The notes beneath the pieces were generated by a model that worked only from the letters and a program-made list of their open reading frames with translations, was not told the origin of the DNA and ran no database searches. The translations under genes and the position numbers were made by a program. This document shows, one piece after another, positions 8,558-18,652 of a DNA stretch of 64,000 bases. Location: the IMG/VR virus record IMGVR_UViG_3300029319_007985, positions 96,001 to 160,000 of that record. One strand, written 5' to 3'. Origin of the DNA: a virus. Each line of letters begins with the position of its first letter. Within the stretch, counting starts at the first letter, position 1.

Positions 8558-10860
8558 TTGAATCAACAGACGACCTAGAACACATATTCGAACAAGCAGT
8601 AAAAGAGGCCGAGTCAAGAAGGCACGAATACGTTACTATAGAACATTTGTTACTTGCTTTAGTAAAAGATAAAAACATAGGTACAATTTTAGTAGACTTT
8701 AAAGTAAATGTTGGAGCATTGATAAAGGATCTAGAAAACTATCTTGATGACGAAGTTAAAGACATCATTGTAAAAGATAAATCAAAACCCGTTAATCCAA
8801 GAAAAACTGCTTCATTAGAAAGACTTATGAATAGAGCCTTTACTCAAGCACTATTTCAAGGAAGACAAGATCTTAAGCCAATTGATATACTGTTGAGTAT
8901 TTTTGCAGAAAAAAGAAGTTACAGTGCATTTTTATTGAAAAAGTTTAATGTTAACAAAGATGATATTACAGATATGGTCTCAGCAGAAAACATTATTGAT
9001 GAATCTGCTTTTGGTGGCTCTGGTCCTGAACAAAAATTAAGACCAGATCAAGCCGATAAGATATTAAGAAATTATACGGAGAATTTGAATCAAAAGTATT
9101 TTGATAAAAAAATTGATCCTGTTATCGGTAGAGAAGAAGAACTTCTTACTATTAAACAAACTCTTGCAAGAAGAAATAAAAATAATGTTTTATTAGTTGG
9201 TGACCCAGGAGTGGGTAAGACTGCCGTGGTCGAAGGATTGGCAAGACGCATAGCAAAAAACAAAGAGGATGTGCCGGAATACTTGAAGGATCATATAGTT
9301 TATAGTCTTGATGTATCTGGAATGATTGCTGGATCAAAGTTTAGAGGAGATTTTGAAGAAAGGTTAAAACTAATTTTGAATGCGCTTGAGAAGAAAGGCA
9401 AAACTATACTTTTCGTTGACGAGGCCCATATGATGGTTGGTGCAGGTTCAACAGGACAAGGAGGAGTGGATCTAGCACAGATGATCAAGCCGGTATTGAC
9501 CAAAGGGTCAATAAAAGTAATCGCTTCAACAACATGGGAAGAATTTAGGAAATTTTTTGACAAAGATCGTGCTCTGATGAGAAGATTTCAAAGGGTACAA
9601 ATAGGAGAGCCGACAAACGAAACTTGTAACAAGATCATCAAAGGTGTAAAACAATATTATGAAAAGTTCCATGGTTGCACTATCACGGACGAAGCATGTG
9701 AAGACGCTGTAGAATATTCAAGTAAATTTATCGCTGATAAAAAATTACCAGACAAGGCAATAGACCTAATGGACTCTGCATGTGCCAGACTAAGATTAAA
9801 AGGCATCAAAAATGGAAAAATTGATCATGACGAAATCATACATGAGGTAAGCAAAGTCACAGGTATTTCAATTGAACAACTATCACAAAAACAAGCAACT
9901 AATTTAAAAACATTAGAAGAAAAAATGAAACTGCAGGTATTTGGACAGGACGAGGCAATCAACACTATCACTGATAAAATTTTAGTTGCTAGGGCAGGCC
10001 TTAAAAGTTTAAACAAACCTGTTGGTAGTTTCTTGTTTTTAGGTCCTACAGGGTGCGGAAAAACTGAGACTGCAAGGCAACTTGCTAAAACACTAGGAGT
10101 TGAATTGCTAAGGTTCGACATGTCTGAGTATCAAGAAAAGCATTCAATTGCCAAATTAATTGGATCACCGCCAGGATACGTTGGCTACGAGGATAGTAAC
10201 ATGGGTGGTGGTATGTTTATCAATGAAGTAGAAAAGAATCCACACGCAGTTGTGCTGTTTGACGAAGTTGAAAAAGCACACAGAGATGTTTCGAACATGC
10301 TTTTACAAGTAATGGACTACGGTACAGTTACTGGCTCTAATGGTAAAAAGGCAGACTGCAGAAATATAACCTTGATCCTGACCTCAAACTTGGGTGCCGA
10401 GGAAATGGAAAAAGCAACATTAGGATTTGGTGACACACAGAGAACTGAAGATGATGATGCAATGAAAAGATTCTTCCCTCCAGAATTTAGAAATAGACTG
10501 GATGCTGTGATCAAGTTCAGTAAATTAGGCAAGGATACAATGAAGAAGATTGTTGGTAAGTTTTTACAAGAACTTAACACAATGACTATTGAAAAAGGTG
10601 TAGAAGTAAATGCCTCGGATGATGCAGTGGACTATCTGATTGACAAAGGTTTTGATGCAAAACTAGGAGCAAGGCCATTAAGCAGAATTATCGATGACGA
10701 GATTAAGAATCCGTTATCAAAAATGATACTGTTTGGTGAACTACAAGAAGGTGGCAGAGTAGAAGTAGCAATCAAAGATGATAAAATAAAAATTGACTAT
10801 AAAAAACCTGTGTCAAAAGACAAACCTAAGACAGTAAAGGCCAATGCGAAAACATCATAA
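8554..10860 (+). CDS. clpA: ClpA-type AAA+ chaperone (Clp protease ATPase subunit)
   Basis: Clp N domain (RHEYVTIEHLLLAL), two Walker A motifs (GDPGVGKT, GPTGCGKT), LGF ClpP-docking loop, no ClpB M-domain. Confidence 0.92.
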   Translation: MIESTDDLEHIFEQAVKEAESRRHEYVTIEHLLLALVKDKNIGTILVDFKVNVGALIKDLENYLDDEVKDIIVKDKSKPVNPRKTASLERLMNRAFTQALFQGRQDLKPIDILLSIFAEKRSYSAFLLKKFNVNKDDITDMVSAENIIDESAFGGSGPEQKLRPDQADKILRNYTENLNQKYFDKKIDPVIGREEELLTIKQTLARRNKNNVLLVGDPGVGKTAVVEGLARRIAKNKEDVPEYLKDHIVYSLDVSGMIAGSKFRGDFEERLKLILNALEKKGKTILFVDEAHMMVGAGSTGQGGVDLAQMIKPVLTKGSIKVIASTTWEEFRKFFDKDRALMRRFQRVQIGEPTNETCNKIIKGVKQYYEKFHGCTITDEACEDAVEYSSKFIADKKLPDKAIDLMDSACARLRLKGIKNGKIDHDEIIHEVSKVTGISIEQLSQKQATNLKTLEEKMKLQVFGQDEAINTITDKILVARAGLKSLNKPVGSFLFLGPTGCGKTETARQLAKTLGVELLRFDMSEYQEKHSIAKLIGSPPGYVGYEDSNMGGGMFINEVEKNPHAVVLFDEVEKAHRDVSNMLLQVMDYGTVTGSNGKKADCRNITLILTSNLGAEEMEKATLGFGDTQRTEDDDAMKRFFPPEFRNRLDAVIKFSKLGKDTMKKIVGKFLQELNTMTIEKGVEVNASDDAVDYLIDKGFDAKLGARPLSRIIDDEIKNPLSKMILFGELQEGGRVEVAIKDDKIKIDYKKPVSKDKPKTVKANAKTS

Positions 10861-11461
10861 TAGATTGTATTTTGGCAAGTATTCACACAAAGCAACTTTT
10901 AGATTACCAGGACTTAACATTTTGTACCCAACAAGCGACTATTATATTTCTAGAGCAATAAGATATAAGGATCAAAGTTCAGATATTGTAAGATTTGCAA
11001 AATATTTAATGGAACACAGATCACAGATGAAATTCAGACTACAAAACAGAAGTTGTATTTTTTATAGCAGTAAAAAAATAATTTTAGAATCCATCAGCAA
11101 ATTTTGGGACTTTTGGGTGGACATAACATCAACTGATCCAAAACTTTCAATTTCTACAAATGATGTGGTGGTCTGTAAAAGATTGCCGTTAGGCAAATAC
11201 AATTATCAAGTCCATACAAAAAGAAAAATGTATACAAGGTTAAGTGACGCACAAAGGAGACTGCTAAGGTCATATCTGACACAAAATGACGATAACGCCA
11301 CTGTAACAAATAAAAATCTGAAGGCATATCTTAGTCTTAATGGCTTTTGGAGTGCTGACGTTAATTCTTATTTTTATGTAAAAGATGAAAAGGCCCTTAC
11401 GCCAATCTACATGATATCTAAAGATATTGTCGACAGAGTAATTAAATTTGTGAAAGTATAA
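10844..11461 (+). CDS. Hypothetical protein
   Basis: 205 aa ORF. Confidence 0.7.
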   Translation: MRKHHNRLYFGKYSHKATFRLPGLNILYPTSDYYISRAIRYKDQSSDIVRFAKYLMEHRSQMKFRLQNRSCIFYSSKKIILESISKFWDFWVDITSTDPKLSISTNDVVVCKRLPLGKYNYQVHTKRKMYTRLSDAQRRLLRSYLTQNDDNATVTNKNLKAYLSLNGFWSADVNSYFYVKDEKALTPIYMISKDIVDRVIKFVKV

Positions 11462-11767
11462 ATGATAGACATAATAACTAAATTAAAAGATAAAAAAATT
11501 TTTAAAGTGGACAGTCTAATAGAAGCAGAAGTAACAAAGACGTTTATGGGATCACCGGTTAATAAAAAAATTACCCTAAGGGTAAAACATTTATTTGACA
11601 ACTATTGTTTGGCGGACGAGGAAAAGTCTTTAGACTACAAAGTGCCCATGAGAAAAATCAAATATGAAAAAATAAAATTAATTGATGGTATGTTACCCGT
11701 AGAGTTAGCGGCTGTGTATGGACTTGCTCCTAAAACCGAAAGATTCAAGACCCGCAAAGAACAATAA
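11462..11767 (+). CDS. Hypothetical protein
   Basis: ORF abutting the upstream gene. Confidence 0.7.
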   Translation: MIDIITKLKDKKIFKVDSLIEAEVTKTFMGSPVNKKITLRVKHLFDNYCLADEEKSLDYKVPMRKIKYEKIKLIDGMLPVELAAVYGLAPKTERFKTRKEQ

Positions 11768-11777
11768 ATAACAGCAT

Positions 11778-12359
11778 ATGGCACAAACAAGTTTAACGAT
11801 ATCTGGACAAAAAACTTTCAAGTCAGCAATAACAGTGACTGAAGGTTGCACATTTACAAGCACCAGTGGCACAAACAAGATTGCGGCCGCTTCAACTAGC
11901 CTAGCCGCTCTTTCAGTTAGGGATTTAATCACAATCACAGGCACCACAAGTAACAATGCCACGTTTACTGTGAAAAGTGTAGATAGCAATGGTACATTTA
12001 TTACAGTTGAAGAAACTGTGACAGCAGAAACATCAGATGGATCCACAGACACAGTTTTAACTTATTCAGGATTTGTCACTGACAAATTCAAAGGAGATGG
12101 TTACTACTCCCAGACAGATGGAAACCATACCGTTGCTTATCATGTCACCACCAGTTGCACCGGTTCAATCAAAATGCAAGGTTCACTGGCAACAACTCCT
12201 ACAGAAGATGACTACTTTGATATTGACGGCACGACATTTACAACGGATCAAAGCACCACAATAAGTTCTGTAAACTTTACAGGAAACTTTGTTTGGGTAA
12301 GAGCAAAATGCACCGATAATACTGCCGGCGCAGTAAGTAAAATCCTATATAATAATTAA
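11778..12359 (+). CDS. Thr/Ser-rich beta-type protein, probable virion structural protein
   Basis: Amino-acid composition; TAAATA late-promoter-like site at 11765-11770. Confidence 0.55.
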   Translation: MAQTSLTISGQKTFKSAITVTEGCTFTSTSGTNKIAAASTSLAALSVRDLITITGTTSNNATFTVKSVDSNGTFITVEETVTAETSDGSTDTVLTYSGFVTDKFKGDGYYSQTDGNHTVAYHVTTSCTGSIKMQGSLATTPTEDDYFDIDGTTFTTDQSTTISSVNFTGNFVWVRAKCTDNTAGAVSKILYNN

Positions 12360-12363
12360 TCAA

Positions 12364-12391
12364 TTGACAATCTGCCATTATAGTATACAAT
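12364..12391 (+). promoter_or_regulatory. Sigma70-like promoter
   Basis: TTGACA-N16-TACAAT. Confidence 0.55.
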
Positions 12392-12401
12392 TATACTAAG
12401 C

Positions 12402-12590
12402 ATGGAACAGATAACAATAACTTGCACAGACAACGGAAAAACTAAAACTGCTGATGTTTTATCCAAATCGGACAAGTATCTAAAGGTAGTTGTGGAAGGA
12501 ACCACGATGACAATAGAACTGTCAAGATCGGATGTAAATAAACCGTATATCGGTACTAAAGCAGGTTTAGAATTTACGTATGGCGTCTGA
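12402..12590 (+). CDS. Hypothetical protein
   Basis: 62 aa ORF downstream of a promoter. Confidence 0.65.
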   Translation: MEQITITCTDNGKTKTADVLSKSDKYLKVVVEGTTMTIELSRSDVNKPYIGTKAGLEFTYGV

Positions 12591-13062
12591 AAAACTAAAA
12601 TTTAAAATAGAATTATATAGCACACATTGGGATAAGGCTCCAGGTGCTGAGATATTCGTAAACAATAAATCATTTTACAAAGATAAAATTACAGGCACAG
12701 AAAAAAATCCTACCTTAATTGAATTTGAAGAACAATTAGAAGAAGGACAAAAATACAATTTCACTATCAAACGTACAGGAAAAGATCCCACCCAAACAAT
12801 TCTAGATAATGATAACAAAATTATAAAAGATCAATTGTTACACATTAAAAGCATAGAAATTGACGAAATCAATATAGGTTCATTAGTTTATGAAGGAGTT
12901 TATGCTCCAGAATATCCCGAACCATGGTACTCACAACAGGTCCAAAAAGGACAAACTCCAGACAAATCAATAAAAAATGTCACTGCTATGGGGCATAACG
13001 GCACCTGGACATTGGTTTTTGAATCACCTTTTTACATGTGGTTGCTAGAGAACCTGTATTAA
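12580..13062 (+). CDS. Hypothetical protein (NGTWTL beta-domain family)
   Basis: Shares the NGT[W/L]T motif with N-terminal domains of ORFs 15429 and 43267. Confidence 0.7.
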   Translation: MASEKLKFKIELYSTHWDKAPGAEIFVNNKSFYKDKITGTEKNPTLIEFEEQLEEGQKYNFTIKRTGKDPTQTILDNDNKIIKDQLLHIKSIEIDEINIGSLVYEGVYAPEYPEPWYSQQVQKGQTPDKSIKNVTAMGHNGTWTLVFESPFYMWLLENLY

Positions 13063-13074
13063 TAAATACTGCAT

Positions 13075-13512
13075 ATGAACACCTACGAAGACATTAAAAC
13101 ACTTATATCACGTTTAGACAGCATAGCCAAAGCACCGGAGTATCAACCATTCCCAGAAGCAGATGAATTCAATATCGAAGAAGATGAAGATTTTGAAGAA
13201 GTGTTAGGAGTGTTAGGTTTTCCAGAGGATGAAATATGGGAAGCGGAATATAGAGGTAGAAAAGTCAAACTAAACAAGCCTATGAGAGGCGATGTAAAAA
13301 AATTCAAAGTATTTGTAAAAGATCCAAAATCAGGCAACGTAAAAAAAGTTAACTTTGGTCACGGTGGAACTTCTGCCAAAAAATTAGGACAAAAAACAAT
13401 GCGTATCAGAAAGTCCGATCCAGCAAGACGTAGAAGTTTCAGAGCAAGACACAACTGTGCTAATCCAGGTCCAAAAACAAAGGCAAGATACTGGAGTTGC
13501 AGAAAATGGTAA
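13075..13512 (+). CDS. Putative internal head protein: acidic leader plus basic C-terminal module
   Basis: Late promoter at 13063; acidic N-half ends at IWE, followed by a basic RRSFRARHNC...YWSCRKW module. Confidence 0.55.
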   Translation: MNTYEDIKTLISRLDSIAKAPEYQPFPEADEFNIEEDEDFEEVLGVLGFPEDEIWEAEYRGRKVKLNKPMRGDVKKFKVFVKDPKSGNVKKVNFGHGGTSAKKLGQKTMRIRKSDPARRRSFRARHNCANPGPKTKARYWSCRKW

Positions 13513-13865
13513 GGGCAGTCCAATTTATTAAAGAAGCCGTAGACTCTGATGCAATGAACGAGTTGAAGTTGTTCATCAACAATGATGAAGATCTATACAG
13601 AAAAAAGTTCATGCCAATTATAGCAAATATTAAAAGAAAAATAAAAAGAGGAGTTTACAATCATGAGATGGCTCCTAAATTATGGATGTATCTCGTTGAC
13701 GAAGCGGCAAGAAAATATGTAAAAGAATTTGGTTCTCCTGATCAAGACGTTGCTGATATGTTTCCAAAAGAATTACGCCAACAAATTGCAAAAGACATGG
13801 CTGACGAAGAACAAGAAAAAATAGAGGCAGGAGAATACGATGTTGTTAAAGGAACTATTTCTTAA
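13506..13865 (+). CDS. Hypothetical late protein
   Basis: N-terminus MVRAVQFIKE from ATG 13506. Confidence 0.65.
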   Translation: MVRAVQFIKEAVDSDAMNELKLFINNDEDLYRKKFMPIIANIKRKIKRGVYNHEMAPKLWMYLVDEAARKYVKEFGSPDQDVADMFPKELRQQIAKDMADEEQEKIEAGEYDVVKGTIS

Positions 13866-15015
13866 CGAAGACGAAGGCAACATAGCCGTATTTGCTTTTG
13901 GAAGATTTAACCCACCCACAGTTGCACACCAAAAACTTATAAAACAAGTGCAGGATCTTGCCACAAAATTGAATGGCAGACCTTTTATTTTTTTAAGTCA
14001 TACACAAAACAATGCCACTGATCCTTTAAGTTTTCAAGAGAAGTTAGATTACATTGAAGGCGTGTATGGCAAAGACAAAGTTGTATTTGGAGATGCTGGC
14101 GTAAAGACAATAGTGCAAGTTCTACAAAAACTACAGGATGAAGGCAGAACAAAAGTTGTAATGGTTGCTGGCAGTGATCGGGTACAAAATTTCACAAAAC
14201 TGCTTGACCAATACAACAACAAACCTGACAAGTCAGGCAACATTCTTTACAACTTTGACAGCATAAGTGTGGTAAGTGCCGGACAGCGTGATCCTGATGC
14301 TGAAGGTATGTCGGGTGTGAGTGCCAGCAAGGCAAGAGAGTACGCCCAGGCAGATGATTTTGAAAATTTTAGTAAAATTGTAATGGGTGGTAAAGTTAGT
14401 GCCAAACTTTTCATGAAGATCAAGTCCAAGATGGGACAAAAGGTTGCAGTCAACAACGAAAAGTTGTATAATGAAGATATGGATGGTAAACCTACAGTGT
14501 ATCTTGACATGGATGGAGTACTGGCTGATTTCTTTGGCGGGGTCGAAAAACTGTATGGTGTGAGTCATTGGAAGGAACTTACATCTGATAAAACAAAAGA
14601 TCTCAAAGCAGAAGTGATCAACAGGATAACAGGTACTGATTTCTTTGCAACATTGCCTAAATTTAAATCCGCAGATGACCTAATACAACTTGTAAAGAAA
14701 TTCACTGGTGGAAAATTTTCAATAAACACATCACCACTTAGAGGTGACAATGAGAACTCCGGCAAGTATAAAAAAATATGGATCTCAAATAACATCGAAA
14801 AGCCAGACGAGATAGTGGTTACCGGTAGGAAAGAAACCTACGCCAAAGACAAGGCCTCCGGGACACCAAACATCCTCATAGATGATAGACCAGTCAACAT
14901 TGAACGTTGGGAGAATGCTGGCGGTCATGGAATTTTATATCAGGCCAATCGAGATCCGCTAACTAAAGTAGAGAAGGGATTACAAGATTATGGCAAGATA
15001 CGAGGGAATCAATAG
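13840..15015 (+). CDS. Fusion of a cytidylyltransferase-like (HxGH-type) domain and a HAD 5'(3')-nucleotidase-like domain
   Basis: FGRFNPPTVAH, VAGSDR and SASKAR motifs; then YLDMDGVLADF and ILIDDRPVN. Confidence 0.8.
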   Translation: MLLKELFLNEDEGNIAVFAFGRFNPPTVAHQKLIKQVQDLATKLNGRPFIFLSHTQNNATDPLSFQEKLDYIEGVYGKDKVVFGDAGVKTIVQVLQKLQDEGRTKVVMVAGSDRVQNFTKLLDQYNNKPDKSGNILYNFDSISVVSAGQRDPDAEGMSGVSASKAREYAQADDFENFSKIVMGGKVSAKLFMKIKSKMGQKVAVNNEKLYNEDMDGKPTVYLDMDGVLADFFGGVEKLYGVSHWKELTSDKTKDLKAEVINRITGTDFFATLPKFKSADDLIQLVKKFTGGKFSINTSPLRGDNENSGKYKKIWISNNIEKPDEIVVTGRKETYAKDKASGTPNILIDDRPVNIERWENAGGHGILYQANRDPLTKVEKGLQDYGKIRGNQ

Positions 15016-15238
15016 AAACTACGAAGCAGGTATTTGGAACAAAGAAGAAGGACCGTCTCCGGAACAAAAGAAGGCCGAAAGAGAAAGATTGATGAAAGAG
15101 TTCTTGGCCAAAGGCGGAAAGGTAGAAAAACTTGCTCCAGGCAACGCCAAAGTATATGGCTCATTGAACAAAGGTGGAAAACCTCCTTTCACTGACGCAC
15201 AGTTGAAAGCAAAATGGAGAGAGGAAAATGGATCTTGA
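14990..15238 (+). CDS. SutA-like RNA polymerase-binding small protein
   Basis: ERERLMKEFLAKGGKVEKL resembles the SutA core (EEFLSRGGKVQEI). Confidence 0.5.
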   Translation: MARYEGINRNYEAGIWNKEEGPSPEQKKAERERLMKEFLAKGGKVEKLAPGNAKVYGSLNKGGKPPFTDAQLKAKWREENGS

Positions 15239-15428
15239 TACCCTCAAAAGGCTGGCCGGCGTAGGGCACTCCACTAATATAAAAGAAAATCCTTCTATCA
15301 CAGGCACGGAGAAAGCAAAATATCAAAGAAAGCATAACATCGAACCTGGTTCCCAAGAATGGTTCAAACTTTGGTTCAGCCGTCCAAAAATGACTGGCGA
15401 GAACCCAATGCCAAAATCTAAAAAATAA
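15228..15428 (+). CDS. Small hypothetical late protein
   Basis: LKRLAGV motif; PGSQEWFKLWF. Confidence 0.65.
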   Translation: MDLDTLKRLAGVGHSTNIKENPSITGTEKAKYQRKHNIEPGSQEWFKLWFSRPKMTGENPMPKSKK

Positions 15429-16409
15429 TTGATGAACTTTTTAGAAATATCGCTGAAAACAGAACACACTTCTGTTCCTGCCCACCTAAAAATATATTGC
15501 AGTGATGAATTAGTATTTGATGATCTTATCGATAAAAATTTGGTTATAAAGAAACAATTTGAAACGCCAAAAGTATTCGAACTAAAAATAATCAAAACTG
15601 GAAAAAACATAGATTTAGTAAAAAAAGATCACATACAAAAAGTACAGATAGAAAAAGTAAGTGTAAATGGTATCAATTTGAAAATAAATGAATTTGGCAA
15701 CTTTCAAGTGCATGATAATCCTTACGTTGATGATCACACTCTACAAACAGTTGATTTGAATCTTAACGGCACGTGGACACTGCAACTACAGGAACAAAAG
15801 TTGATCGGACAATTTGAACCAGCAAAAGCAAAGTTCAGAGATGCCATACAAGACTGTGATATCGCATGTTTTGGTTGTAGTCAAACGTATGGAGTTTTTT
15901 TAGACCATAACGAAACTTGGCCATATTTTTTAGGCAAAGAACTAGGACTCAACGTGAAGAATTTTGGAATACCAGGATCAAACTACAATGAGATGACTGC
16001 ATTCATGGAATACTATGTAAAAAATTACAAAGCCAAAACAATTTTGGCGCTATTCCCACATTCGTTCAGAAGACAATCTATTGATAATGGAAAGATTGAA
16101 CACATAGGTGCTGTGGATGAACGCAACAAACATTTAATTTTCCACGGAGAAGAACATTCCATTGTGAATCTGTCGATGTGTTTTCCTGCCTGGCTAGAAA
16201 GTGTTCATGATAATATTATGGTCAGTACCTATCAACGCAGTGAACACAATTTAATGATGCTTACAAATATTAAAAAGCACATGCTACCATACTTTGATTC
16301 AGATCCTTACCCTAAAGCAAGTGATGGGAAGCATTTTGGTGTAGAACATAACCTAAGTTACGCAAAAGCACTTGCAAAGCACATCAATCAGCAAACTACA
16401 TTCCAATAA
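15429..16409 (+). CDS. SGNH/GDSL hydrolase-like protein with N-terminal beta domain
   Basis: FGCSQTYG (block I), NFGIPGS and DGKHFG (block V). Confidence 0.65.
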   Translation: MMNFLEISLKTEHTSVPAHLKIYCSDELVFDDLIDKNLVIKKQFETPKVFELKIIKTGKNIDLVKKDHIQKVQIEKVSVNGINLKINEFGNFQVHDNPYVDDHTLQTVDLNLNGTWTLQLQEQKLIGQFEPAKAKFRDAIQDCDIACFGCSQTYGVFLDHNETWPYFLGKELGLNVKNFGIPGSNYNEMTAFMEYYVKNYKAKTILALFPHSFRRQSIDNGKIEHIGAVDERNKHLIFHGEEHSIVNLSMCFPAWLESVHDNIMVSTYQRSEHNLMMLTNIKKHMLPYFDSDPYPKASDGKHFGVEHNLSYAKALAKHINQQTTFQ

Positions 16410-16417
16410 ATACCTTT

Positions 16418-16546
16418 ATGAAAACATGGGAAATCACAGAAGGTACTAGATGCTGGAAAGGATATGAACGTAAAGGATTCAAAATACATCCTTTCTCAAA
16501 GAAACGTGTGCCCAACTGTGTGAAAAGAAAAGCCAAAAGAAAATAA
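16418..16546 (+). CDS. 42-aa basic protein with CWKGY...VPNCV module (not in ORF track)
   Basis: MKTWEITEGTRCWKGYERKGFKIHPFSKKRVPNCVKRKAKRK; TAAATA 5 nt upstream. Confidence 0.75.
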   Translation: MKTWEITEGTRCWKGYERKGFKIHPFSKKRVPNCVKRKAKRK

Positions 16547-16547
16547 A

Positions 16548-16805
16548 ATGAAAATTCGAGAGATCTTATACACCACAGATCGTAATTTGTTACAGCCTGA
16601 CATCAATAAAATAATAGACAAATATAGTAGCAGAGCAAAAAAGAGAAAATCAAACCTAGGATACCACAGCATGATGGCCTATCCGTTTAGAGTAGGAGAA
16701 GGTAAAAGTTGGAGTAAAAAATATAAGAAGTCTATCAACTGCAACAATCCAAAAGGCTTCTCACAGAAGGCCCACTGCGCAGGAAGAAAGAAAAAGAAAA
16801 AATGA
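16548..16805 (+). CDS. Basic modular late protein
   Basis: MKIREIL leader; WSKKYKKSINCNNPKGFSQKAHC module. Confidence 0.7.
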   Translation: MKIREILYTTDRNLLQPDINKIIDKYSSRAKKRKSNLGYHSMMAYPFRVGEGKSWSKKYKKSINCNNPKGFSQKAHCAGRKKKKK

Positions 16806-17497
16806 AAATTAAAGAGTTCATAATCATGCCATCTAGCATAGACACACTTGGCCTTGTCCACAAGCCAGGCCGTGGTCCAAACAACAGATTCGATTTCAAA
16901 AACAAAGCAAATAATAGAGCAAACGAAGTAGGTGAAACCAAGGAAGCACCACCAGGCACATATTTTACTAAAACAGGCAACTTAGTTAAAGGAAGATTGA
17001 CCAAGGCCGCGAAAGAAAGAGGAGCAAGAGAAACTGATCCAAAAGATGATCAAAGATCTAAAGTGCCGCCAGTCACACAAAGGAATGAAGCGAGAGGTAC
17101 CTGCTGGCATGGATATCAACAAAAAGGTTATAAGAAAAAAGGCAACAAAATGGTTCCTAATTGTGTTAAGGAAGAGGCCGCTGGTGTTGGCATAGTAACA
17201 AAACAAAACGCCACAAAAGACGTGCCTGTAGGTGGCGAATACATGAACGTAAAAAAATTAGGCCTAGGTAAAGGCAAGCCAAAAACAATAGGCGAAGAAT
17301 GGAAACAGTTCCAAGAAAATTTTGCCGACAAAAAAGTCAAAGGTAAAAGTAGGCCTGGGCGGGTCAAAAGGGCAGGAGCAAGTTGTAAAGGCTCAGTTAC
17401 AAGTTTAAGAGCAAAGGCAAAAAAATCAAGTGGTGAAAGAAGAAAGATGTATCACTGGTGTGCCAACATGAAATCCGGTAGGAAAAAATCCAGATAA
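16802..17497 (+). CDS. Basic multi-module late protein
   Basis: MKIKEF leader; several Glu-delimited modules including CWHGY...VPNCV. Confidence 0.7.
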   Translation: MKIKEFIIMPSSIDTLGLVHKPGRGPNNRFDFKNKANNRANEVGETKEAPPGTYFTKTGNLVKGRLTKAAKERGARETDPKDDQRSKVPPVTQRNEARGTCWHGYQQKGYKKKGNKMVPNCVKEEAAGVGIVTKQNATKDVPVGGEYMNVKKLGLGKGKPKTIGEEWKQFQENFADKKVKGKSRPGRVKRAGASCKGSVTSLRAKAKKSSGERRKMYHWCANMKSGRKKSR

Positions 17498-17506
17498 CTA
17501 CTGGAT

Positions 17507-18256
17507 ATGGACGTAATTTTAAGTTTAGGTTTTCTTTGTAACATTTTTAAAAAAGCACCAACAGTAAGGCTCTTTGCTGATGAATATTTTCTAGATGAAT
17601 TTACCTTAAAAAATACTGTTGATAAATCCACACTAAAAAGTTTATTATCAAACAAAGACAACTTTGATTTTATTTTTCCAAAAAAAGTCAGCAATTTACT
17701 AGACCCAAATGTGCAAATGGTTGACCCACAAATAGATGCTAATGTTGAATATAAATTCTATCGCATAAAAAAGTTTAATCTAAAGAAAAAAGATAAAGTC
17801 AAAGTAAAAATCGAATTTTATAATAGGGACTCTAATCATACAAACGGATTCATCACAAAAAGCACAATGGTGTGTGTTCCATACGTTTTAATTACTCCAA
17901 CCAAGATTATGAAAGACATAACAACATTTCATAAGAAGTGGTATCAAAAAGTTAAATTTGAACAGCAAAAACAAAACAAATTTAAATTTATAAAGAAATT
18001 TTACAAACACAGATCACGTCTTTTCAACTGCATAGAACATCGCAATTATTGGTTTAAGGATAGGCAGACTAAAAATTTATTATACACGTACTTCGCAGGT
18101 GGTGATGTAACGCTAGAAAGGACCTTTTATAAAAAACATAACTTGTACATCGGTGATCCAAATACCATTGGCTATGTGTTGTTTGGACACTACCAAAGGT
18201 TTAAAAAACTATCAGATAAATACCTTCAATATGAGAATCTGCGAAATAATCATTAG
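17507..18256 (+). CDS. Hypothetical protein (AT-rich, Lys/Phe-rich)
   Basis: 249 aa ORF. Confidence 0.65.
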   Translation: MDVILSLGFLCNIFKKAPTVRLFADEYFLDEFTLKNTVDKSTLKSLLSNKDNFDFIFPKKVSNLLDPNVQMVDPQIDANVEYKFYRIKKFNLKKKDKVKVKIEFYNRDSNHTNGFITKSTMVCVPYVLITPTKIMKDITTFHKKWYQKVKFEQQKQNKFKFIKKFYKHRSRLFNCIEHRNYWFKDRQTKNLLYTYFAGGDVTLERTFYKKHNLYIGDPNTIGYVLFGHYQRFKKLSDKYLQYENLRNNH

Positions 18257-18497
18257 AGAACAGGCCACTGCCGGCGCCACTTCTGCTGGCAATATTGCAT
18301 CTGTAGTCAGTCCACATATCGCAATAGGACCTGATAGGTTCAAGAAATCATATACAGGCACGCCTGGAAAATCAGGCACTAAGGCACCAAAGTTGCCTAA
18401 GATTGTTCAACCAAAAAAGAAAGATGGCACGGCAAAAGGCGCACATAATTTACCAGGAGTAAGTTTGTTTGGCGGGCCAGGATTTGTGAGAAGATGA
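18231..18497 (+). CDS. Hypothetical late protein (start likely ATG 18231)
   Basis: TAAATA at 18217-18222; MRICEIIIRE leader. Confidence 0.65.
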   Translation: MRICEIIIREQATAGATSAGNIASVVSPHIAIGPDRFKKSYTGTPGKSGTKAPKLPKIVQPKKKDGTAKGAHNLPGVSLFGGPGFVRR

Positions 18498-18652
18498 GTT
18501 ACTGTTTAAATTGTGGCAACGAGTGCCACGAAGGAAAAGTGTTAACAAGAACTGAAAAAACTTATGCAGTAGAAGGTGCGAAGGAATACGAAATAGAAGT
18601 CTGTAAATATTGCAGATGTGAAGACGAATTAATGGATGCTTTAGAAGAATGA
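18494..18652 (+). CDS. 52-aa Cys-rich putative Zn-binding protein (not in ORF track)
   Basis: MSYCLNCGNECH...VCKYCRCE; ATGA overlaps on both sides. Confidence 0.65.
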   Translation: MSYCLNCGNECHEGKVLTRTEKTYAVEGAKEYEIEVCKYCRCEDELMDALEE

